This document shows positions 54,901 to 64,000 of a stretch of DNA of 64,000 nucleotides, piece by piece. The notes under the pieces were generated by a model. That model had not been told where the DNA came from. It searched no databases and saw only the letters and a list, made by a program, of their open reading frames with translations. The first letter of the stretch is position 1, and every line of letters starts with the position of its first letter. Source of the stretch: Azolla caroliniana. Taxonomy: Eukaryota; Plantae; Polypodiophyta. A program made the position numbers and the translations under genes. The DNA lies in contig JBHGNT010000125.1 in NCBI GenBank assembly GCA_043228905.1, positions 1 through 64,000 on the forward strand. The letters are read 5' to 3'.

Positions 54901-57900
54901 CCTCAAATTTGGTAATTTCGTCATGTCTCTCGACCTGGGTTTCAAAATCTTGATTTTGTAATTCCATAGCATAGGTAACGTTGTTATCTTCGATTCGAAT
55001 GTTTGTCCACAAAAATCCGAGATCACACGGTCCAGGTATCAACATTTTAACTTACTCACGCGCTGTTCTCAACTCCCTCCTCAAATTTGGTAATTTCGTC
55101 ATGTCTCTCGACCTGAGTGTCAAAATCTGGATTTTTTAATTCCATATCATAGCTAGCGTTGTTAGCTTCGATTCGAATGTTTGAACACAAAAATCCGATA
55201 TCACACGGCCCAGGTATGAACATTTTCACTTACTCACGCGCTATTCTCAACTCCCTCCTGAAATTTGGTAATTTCGTCATGTCGCTTGACCTGGGTTTCA
55301 AAATCTGGATTTTGTAATTCCATATCATAGCTAGCGTTGTTAGCTTCGATTCGTATGTTTGAACACTAAAATCCGATTTCGAATGGGCCAGGTATGAACA
55401 TTTTAATTTACTCACGCCTTCTTCTCAAGTCCCGGCTCGAATTTACTAATTTCTTCATGTCTCTCGACCTAAGTTTCAAAATCTTGATTTTTAAATTCCA
55501 TATCATAGGTAACGTTGTTAGCTTCGATTCGTATGTTTGAACACAAAAATCTGATATCACACTGGCTAGGTATGAACATTTTAATTTACTCACGCGCTAT
55601 TGTCAACTCCCTCCTCAAATTTCGTAATTTCGTCATGTTTCTCGACCTGAGTTTCAAAATCTGGATTTTGTAATTCCATATCATAACTAGCGTTGTTAGC
55701 TTCGATTCGCATGTTTGAACACCAAAATCGGATATCACACGGGCCAGGTAAGAACATTTTAATTTTATCACGCGCTGTTCTCAACTCCCTCCTCAAATTT
55801 GGTAATTTCGTCATGTCTATCGAACTGAGTTTCAAAATTTTGATTTTTTAATTCCATATCATACGTAGCGTTGTTAGCTTCGATTCGCATGTTTGAACAC
55901 AAAAATCTGATATCACACTGGCTAGGTATGAACATTTTAATTTACTCACGCGCTATTGTCAACTCCCTCCTCAAATTTCGTAATTTCGTCATGTTTCTCG
56001 ACCTGAGTTTCAAAATCTGGATTTTGTAATTCCATATCATAACTAGCGTTGTTAGCTTCGATTCGCATGTTTGAACACCAAAATCCGATATCACACGGGC
56101 CAGGTATGAACATTTTAACTTACTCACGCGCTATTCTCAACTCCCTCCTCAAATTTGGTAATTTTGTCATGTCTCCCGAACTGAGTTTCAAAATCTTGAT
56201 TTTCTAATTCCATATAATAGGTAACGTTGTTAGCTTCGATTCGCATATTTGAACACAAAAATCCGATATCACACGAGCCAGGTATGAACATTTAAATTTA
56301 CGCACGCGCTCTTCTCAACTCCCTCCTCAAATTTGGTAATTTCGTCATGTCTCTCGACCTGAGTATCAAAATCTGGATTTTTTAATTCCATATCATAGGT
56401 AGCGTTGTTAGCTTCGATTCGAATGTTTGAACACAAAAATCCGATATCACACGGCCCAGGTATGAACATTTTCACTTACTCACGCGCTATTCTCAACTCC
56501 CTGCTCAAATTTGGTAATTTCGTCATGTCTCTCGACCTGAATTTCAAAATTTGGATTTTGTAATTCCATATGATAGCTAGCGTTGTTAGCTTCGATTCGC
56601 ATGTTTGAACACCAAAATCCGATATCGAATGGGCCAGGTATGAACATTTTAATTTACTCACGCCTTCTTCTCAACTCCCTCCTCGAATTTACTAATTACT
56701 TCATGTCTCTCGACCTGAGTTCCAAAATCTTAATTTTTTAATTCCATATCATCGGTAACGTCGTTAGATTCGATTCGAATGTTTGAACACAAAAATCGGA
56801 TATCACAAGGGCCAGGTATGAACATTTTAACATACTCACGCGCTCTTCTCAACTCCCTCCTCTAATTTGGTAATTTCGTCATGTCTCTCGAACTGAGTTT
56901 CAAAATCTTGATTTTCTAATTCCATATCATAAGTAACATTGTTAGCTTCGATTCGAATGTTTGAACACAGAAATCGGATATCACACGGGCCAGGTATGAA
57001 CATTTTAACTTACTTACGCGCTATTCTCAACTCCCTCCTCAAATTTGGTAATTTCGTCATGTCTCTCGACCTGGGTTTCGAAATCTGGATTTTTTAATTC
57101 CATATCATAGGTAGCGTTGTTAGCTTCGATTCGCATGTTTGAACACAAAAATCTGATATCACACTGGCTAGGTATGAACATTTTAATTTACTCACGCGCT
57201 ATTGTCAACTCCCTCCTCAAATTTCGTAATTTCGTCATGTTTCTCGACCTGAGTTTCAAAATCTGGATTTTGTAATTCCATATCATAACTAGCGTTGTTA
57301 GCTTCGATTCGCATGTTTGAACACCAAAATCGGATATCACACGGGCCAGGTATGAACATTTTAATTTTATCACGCGATGTTCTCAACTCCCTCCTCAAAT
57401 TTGGTAATTTCGTCATGTCTCCCGAACTGAGTTTCAAAATCTTGATTTTCTAATTCCATATAATAGGTAACGTTGTTAGCTTCGATTCGCATATTTGAAC
57501 ACAGAAATCCGATATCACACGAGCCAGGTATGAACATTTAAATTTACGCACACGCACTTCTCAACTCCCTCCTCAAATTTGGTCATTTCGTCATGTCTCT
57601 CGACCTGAGTGTCAAAATCTGGATTTTTTAATTCCATATCATAGCTAGCGTTGTTAGCTTCGATTCGAATGTTTGAACACAAAAATCCGATATCACACGG
57701 CCCAGGTATGAACATTTTCACTTACTCACGCGCTATTCTCAACTCCCTGCTCAAATTTGGTAATTTCGTCATGTCTCTCGACCTGAATTTCAAAATTTGG
57801 ATTTTGTAATTCAATATGATAGCTAGCGTTGTTAACTTCGATTCGCATGTTTGAACACCAAAATCCGATATCGAATGGGCCAGGTATGAACATTTTAATT

Positions 57901-59134
57901 TCCTCACGCCTTCTTCTCAACTCCCTCCTCGAATTTACTAATTACTTTATGTGTCTCGACCTGAGTTTCAAAATCTTGATTTTTTAATTCCATATCATCG
58001 GTAACGTCGTTAGATTCGATTCGAATGTTTGAACACAAAAATCCGATATCACACAGGCCAGGTATGAACATTTTAATTTTATCACGCGCTGTTCTCAACT
58101 CCCTCCTCAAATTTGGTAATTTCGTCATGTCTCTCGAACTGAGTTTCAAAATCTTGATTTTTTATTCCATATCATACGTAACGTTGTTAGCTTCGATTCA
58201 CATTTTTGAAAACCAAAATCCGATATCACACGGGCCAGGTATGAACATTTTAACTTACTCACGCGCTCTTCTCAACTCCCTCCTCTAATTTGGTAATTTC
58301 GTCATGTTTCTCGACCTGAGTTTCAAAATCTGGATTTTGTAATTCCATATCATAACTAGCGTTGTTAGCTTCGATTCGCATGTTTGAACACCAAAATCGG
58401 ATATCACACGGGCCAGGTATGAACATTTTAATTTTATCACACGCTGTTCTCAACTCCCTCCTCAAATTTGGTAATTTCGTCATGTCTCCCGAACTGAGTT
58501 TCAAAATCTTGATTTTCTAATTCCAGATAATAGGTAACGTTGTTAGCTTCGATTCGCATATTTGAACACAGAAATCCGATATCACACGAGCCAGGTATGA
58601 ACATTTAAATTTACGCACGCGCTCTTCTCAACTCCCTCCTCAAATTTGGTAATTTCCTCATGTCTCTTGACCTGAGTGTCAAAATTTGGATTTTTTAATT
58701 CCATATCATAGCTAGCGTTGTTAGCTTCGATTCGAATGTTTGAACACAAAAATCCGATATCACACGGCCCAGGTATGAACATTTTCACTTACTCACGCGC
58801 TATTCTCAACTCCCTGCTCAAATTTGGTAATTTCGTCATGTCTCTCGACCTGAATTTCAAAATTTGGATTTTGTAATTTCATATGATAGCTAGCGTTGTT
58901 AACTTCGATTCGCATGTTTGAACACCAAAATCCGATATCGAATGGGCCAAGTATGAACATTTTAATTTACTCACGGCTTCTTCTCAACTCCCTCCTCGAA
59001 TTTACTAATTTCTTCATGTCTCTCGACCTGAGTTACGCACAAAAATCCGATATCACACGAGCCAGGTATGAACATTTAAATTTACGCACGCGCTCTTCTC
59101 AACTCCCTCCTCAAATTTGGTAATTTCGTCATGT
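30276..59134 (-). repeat. ~14.4-kb near-identical tandem block duplication (about 30276-44680 / 44681-59134)
   Basis: Constant offset of 14405 to 14401 across all pseudo-ORFs (30810/45215, 33331/47732, 38062/52463, 44495/58896). Shared private deletions at 32511/46913, 37930/52331 and 44633/59034. Confidence 0.93.
33320..44115 (-). repeat. ~5.4-kb tandem duplication (about 33320-38675 / 38730-44115), repeated again at about 47720-58515
   Basis: Offset 5410 (33331/38741, 33894/39304, 35775/41185), rising to 5413 and 5441 after the 3-bp and 28-bp deletions in the first copy. Confidence 0.88.
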
Positions 59135-59239
59135 CTCTCGACCTGAGTATCAAAATCTGGATTTTTTAATTCCATATCATAGGTAGCGTTGTTAGCTTCG
59201 ATTCGAATGTTTGAACACAAAAATCCGATATCACACGGC

Positions 59240-60720
59240 CCAGGTATGAACATTTAAATTTACTCACGCGCTATTCTCAACTCCCTCCTCAAATTTGGTA
59301 ATTTCGTCATGTTTCTCGACCTAAATTTCAAAATTTGGATTTTGTTATTCCATATGATAGCTAGCGTTGTTAACTTCGATTCGCATGTTTGAACACCAAA
59401 ATCCGATATCGAATGGGCCAGGTATGAACATTTTAATTTACTCACGCTTTCTTCTCAACTCCCTCATCGAATTTACTAATTTCTTCATGTCTCTCGACCT
59501 AAGTTTCAAAATCTTGATTTTTAAATTCCATATCATAGGTAACGTTGTTAGCTTCGATTCGTATGTTTCAACACAAAAATCTGATATCACACTGGCTAGG
59601 TATGAACATTTTAATTTACTCACGCGCTATTGTCAACTCCCTCCTCAAATTTCGTAATTTCGTCATGTTTCTCGACCTGAGTTTCAAAATCTGGATTTTG
59701 TAATTCCATATCATAACTAGCGTTGTTAGCTTCGATTCGCATGTTTGAACACCAAAATCGGATATCACACGGGCCAGGTAAACATTTTAATTTTATCACG
59801 CGCTGTTCTCAACTCCCTCCTCAAATTTGGTAATTTCGTCATGTCTCTCGACCTGAGTTTCAAAATCTTGATTTTTAAATTCCATATGATAGGTAACGTT
59901 GTTAGCTTCGATTCGAATGTTTGAACACAAAAATCTGATATCACACTGGCTAGGTATGAACATTTTAATTTACTCACGCGCTATTGTCAACTCCCTCCTC
60001 AAATTTCGTAATTTCGTCATGTTTCTCGACCTGAGTTTCAAAATCTGGATTTTATAATTCCATATCATAACTAGCGTTGTTAGCTTCGATTCGCATGTTT
60101 GAACACCAAAATCGGATATCACACGGGCCAGGTATGAACATTTTAATTTTATCACGCGCTGTTCTCAACTCCCTCCTCAAATTTGGTAATTTCGTCATGT
60201 CTCCCGAACTGAGTTTCAAAATCTTGATTTTCTAATTCCATATAATAGGTAACGTTGTTAGCTTCGATTCCCATATTTGAACACAGAAATCCGATATCAC
60301 ACGAGCCAGGTATGAACATTTAAATTTACGCACGCGCTCTTCTCAACTCCCTCCTCAAATTTGGTAATTTCCTCATGTCTCTTGACCTGAGTGTCAAAAT
60401 TTGGATTTTTTAATTCCATATCATAGCTAGCGTTGTTAGCTTCGATTCGAATGTTTGAACACAAAAATCCGATATCACACGGCCCAGGTATGAACATTTT
60501 CACTTACTCACGGGCTATTCTCAACTCCCTGCTCAAATTTGGTAATTTCGTCATGTCTCTCGACCTGAATTTCAAAATTTGGATTTTGTAATTTCATATG
60601 ATAGCTAGCGTTGTTAACTTCGATTCGCATGTTTGAACACCAAAATCCGATATCGAATGGGCCAAGTATGAACATTTTAATTTACTCACGGCTTCTTCTC
60701 AACTCCCTCCTCGAATTTAC
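59240..60720 (-). repeat. Dispersed third copy of the 21.6-23.1 kb / 26.0-27.5 kb block
   Basis: Offsets 33197 and 33195 to the 26063-27619 ORFs. Shared variants are GTATGTTTCAAC and GGATTTTATA, and there is a private 2-bp deletion GGTA^AACATT at about 59780. Confidence 0.8.
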
Positions 60721-63700
60721 TAATTTCTTCATGTCTGTCGACCTGAGTTTTAAAATCTTGATTTTTAAATTCCATATCATAGGTAACGTTGTTAGCTTCG
60801 ATTCGATTGTTTGAACACAAAAATCCGATATCACAAGGGCCAGGTATGAACATTTTAACATACTCACGCGCTCTTCTCAACTCCCTCCTCTAATTTGGTA
60901 ATTTCGTCATGTCTCTCGAACTGAGTTTCAAAATCTTGATTTTTTAATTCCATATCATAGGTAGCGTTGTTAGCTTCGATTCGCAAGTTTGAACACAAAA
61001 ATCCGATATCACACGGGCCAGGTATGAACATTTAAATTTACTCACGCGCTATTCTCAACTCCCTCCTCAAATTTGGTAATTTCGTCATGTTTCTCGACCT
61101 GAATTTTCAAAATTTGGATTTTGTAATTCCATATGATAGCTAGCGTTGTTAACTTCGATTCGCATGTTTGAACACCAAAATCCGATATCGAATGGGCCAG
61201 GTATGAACATTTTAATTTACTCACGCCTTCTTCTCAACTCCCTCATCGAATTTACTAATTTCTTCACGTCTGTCGACCTGAGTTTTAAAATCTTGATTTT
61301 TAAATTCCATATCATAGGTAACGTTGTTAGCTTCGATTCGAATGTTTGAACACAAAAATCCGATATCACAAGGGCCAGGTATGAACCTTTTAACATACTC
61401 ACGCGCTCTTCTCAACTCCCTCCTCTAATTTGGTAATTTCGTCATGTCTCTCGAACTGAGTTTCAAAATCTTGATTTTCTAATTCCATATCATAAGTAAC
61501 ATTGTTAGCTTCGATTCGAATGTTTGAACACAGAAATCGGATATCACACGGGCCAGGTATGACCATTTTAACTTACTTACGCGCTATTCTCAACTCCCTC
61601 CTCAAATTACGTAATTTCGTCATGTCTCTCGACCTGGGTTTTGAAATCTTGATTTTTTAATTCCATATCATAGGTAGCGTTGTTAGCTTCGATTCGAATG
61701 TTTGAACACAAAAATCCGATATCACACGGCCCAGGTATGAACATTTTCACTTACTCACGCGCTATTCTCAACTCCCTGCTCAAATTTGGTAATTTCGTCA
61801 TGTCTCTCGACCTGAATTTCAAAATTTGGATTTTGTAATTTCATATGATAGCTAGCGTTGTTAACTTCGATTCGCATGTTTGAACACCAAAATCCGATAT
61901 CGAATGGGCCAGGTATGAACATTTTAATTTACTCACGGTTCTTCTCAACTCCCTCCTCGAATTTACTAATTTCTTCATGTCTCTCGACCTAAGTTTTAAA
62001 ATCTTGATTTTTAAATTCCATATAATAGGTAACGTTGTTAGCTTCGATTCGAATGTTTGAACACAGAAATCGGATATCACACGGGCCAGGTATGACCATT
62101 TTAACTTACTTACGCGCTCTTCTCAACTCCCTCCTCAAATTTGGTAATTTCGTAATGTCTCTCGACCTGGGTTTTGAAATCTTGATTTTTTAATTCCATA
62201 TCATAGGTAGCGTTGTTAGCTTCGATTCGCATGTTTGAATACGAAAATCCGATATCACACGAGCCAGGTATGAACATTTAAATTTACTCACGCGCTATTC
62301 TCAACTCCCTCCTTAAATTTGGTAATTTCGTCATGTCTCTTGACCTGAGTGTCAAAATCTGGATTTTGTAATTCCATATCATAGCTAGCGTTGTTAGCTT
62401 CGATTCGCATGTTTGAACACCAAAATCCGATATCGAATGGGCCAGGTATGAACATTTTAATTTACTCACGCCTTCTTCTCAACTCCCTCCTCGAATTTAC
62501 TAATTTCTTCACGTCTGTCGACCTGAGTTTTAAAATCTTGATTTTTTAATTCCATATCATAGGTAACGTTGTTAGCTTCGATTCGAATGTTTGAACACAA
62601 AAATCGGATATCACAAGGGCCAGGTATGAACATTTTAACATACTCACGCGCTCTTCTCAACTCCCTCCTCTAATTTGGTAATTTCGTCATGTCTCTCGAA
62701 CTGAGTTTCAAAATCTTGATTTTCTAATTCCATATCATAAGTAACATTGTTAGCTTCGATTCGAATGTTTGAACACAGAAATCGGATATCACACGGGCCA
62801 GGTATGAACATTTTAACTTACTTACGCGCTATTCTCAACTCCCTCCTCAAATTTGGTAATTTCGTCATGTCTCTCGACCTGGGTTTTGAAATCTGGATTT
62901 TTTAATTCCATATCATAGGTAGCGTTGTTAGCTTCGATTCGCATGTTTGAACACAAAAATCTGATATCACACTGGCTAGGTATGAACATTTTAATTTACT
63001 CACGCGCTATTGTCAACTCCCTCCTCAAATTTCGTAATTTCGTCATGTTTCTCGACCTGAGTTTCAAAATCTGGATTTTGTAATTCCATATCATAACTAG
63101 CGTTGTTAGCTTCGATTCGCATGTTTGAACACCAAAATCGGATATCACACGGGCCAGGTATGAACATTTTAATTTTATCACGCGCTGTTCTCAACTCCCT
63201 CCTCAAATTTGGTAATTTCGTCATGTCTCCCGAACTGAGTTTCAAAATCTTGATTTTCTAATTCCATATAATAGGTAACGTTGTTAGCTTCGATTCGCAT
63301 ATTTGAACACAGAAATCCGATATCACACGAGCCAGGTATGAACATTTAAATTTACGCACGCGCTCTTCTCAACTCCCTCCTCAAATTTGGTAATTTCCTC
63401 ATGTCTCTCGACCTGAGTGTCATAATCTGGATTTTTTAATTCCATATCATAGCTAGCGTTGTTAGCTTCGATTCGAATGTTTGAACACAAAAATCCGATA
63501 TCACACAGCCCAGGTATGAACATTTTCACTTACTCACGCGCTATTCTCAACTCCCTGCTCAAATTTGGTAATTTCGTCATGTCTCTCGACCTGAATTTCA
63601 AAATTTGGATTTTGTAATTCGATATGATAGCTAGCGTTGTTAACTTCGATTCGCATGTTTGAACACCAAAATCCGATATCGAATGGGCCAGGTATGAACA

Positions 63701-64000
63701 TTTTAATTTACTCACGGCTTCTTCTCAACTCCCTCATCGAATTTACTAATTTCTTCACGTCTGTCGACCTGAGTTTTAAAATCTTGATTTTTACATTCCA
63801 TATCATAGGTAACGTTGTTAGCTTCGATTCGAATGTTTGAACACAAAAATCCGATATCACAAGGGCCAGGTATGAACATTTTAACATACTCACGCGCTCT
63901 TCTCAACTCCCTCCTCTAATTTGGTAATTTCGTCATGTCTCTCGACCTGGGTTTCGAAATCTGGATTTTTTAATTCCATATCATAGCTAGCGTTGTTAGC

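Larger units (their letters stand above)
16551..64000 (-). repeat. Same 178-bp satellite in reverse orientation (~267 monomers)
   Basis: From 16551 the + strand reads CTCCCTCATCGAATTTAC...CCAGGTATGAACATTTT, the reverse complement of the monomer, with a 178-bp period to the end of the window. The ORF track switches from mostly + to mostly - at this point. Confidence 0.99.

Noticed and set aside
290-63906. Hundreds of 60-130 aa ORFs (MSKLKCSYLA..., MKLSSRDMTK..., MKMFIPGPCD...)
   Set aside because: These are translations of the 178-bp repeat. The period is not a multiple of 3, stops recur in every frame, ORFs overlap on both strands, many use GTG/TTG starts, and no domain is recognisable.
1-64000. 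CRISPR-like or cassette (integron or variable-antigen) array
   Set aside because: There are no unique spacers or cassettes. The whole period is homologous and differs only by SNPs, and no cas, integrase or recombinase gene is present.
1-64000. Assignment to Arabidopsis thaliana CEN178 or primate alpha satellite
   Set aside because: Only the length is similar. I do not recognise the diagnostic sequence of either family or a CENP-B box, and I cannot run a database search.

Overview
The whole window is one AT-rich (~39% GC in my hand-built consensus) tandem satellite array with a 178-bp monomer (about 360 copies), most plausibly eukaryotic centromeric or pericentromeric DNA. I could not assign a species or a named family. 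I see no genes, RNA genes, transposons or CRISPR arrays, and all listed ORFs are short periodic translations of the repeat. I found no evidence for a novel gene-encoded system. The interesting signal is structural. (1) The array flips strand at 16549/16551, with a fold-back signature: 107-bp perfect inverted arms around a 208-bp loop. (2) A ~4.8-kb imperfect mirror symmetry is centred near that flip. (3) A degenerate 7-monomer (1246-bp) higher-order repeat (HOR) forms the backbone. (4) Recent block duplications are nested (1068, 4451, ~5410 and ~14,400 bp). (5) Several microhomology-flanked deletions and locally templated insertions act as lineage markers and allow events to be ordered. All alignments were done by eye or from ORF-track offsets, so block boundaries are approximate.
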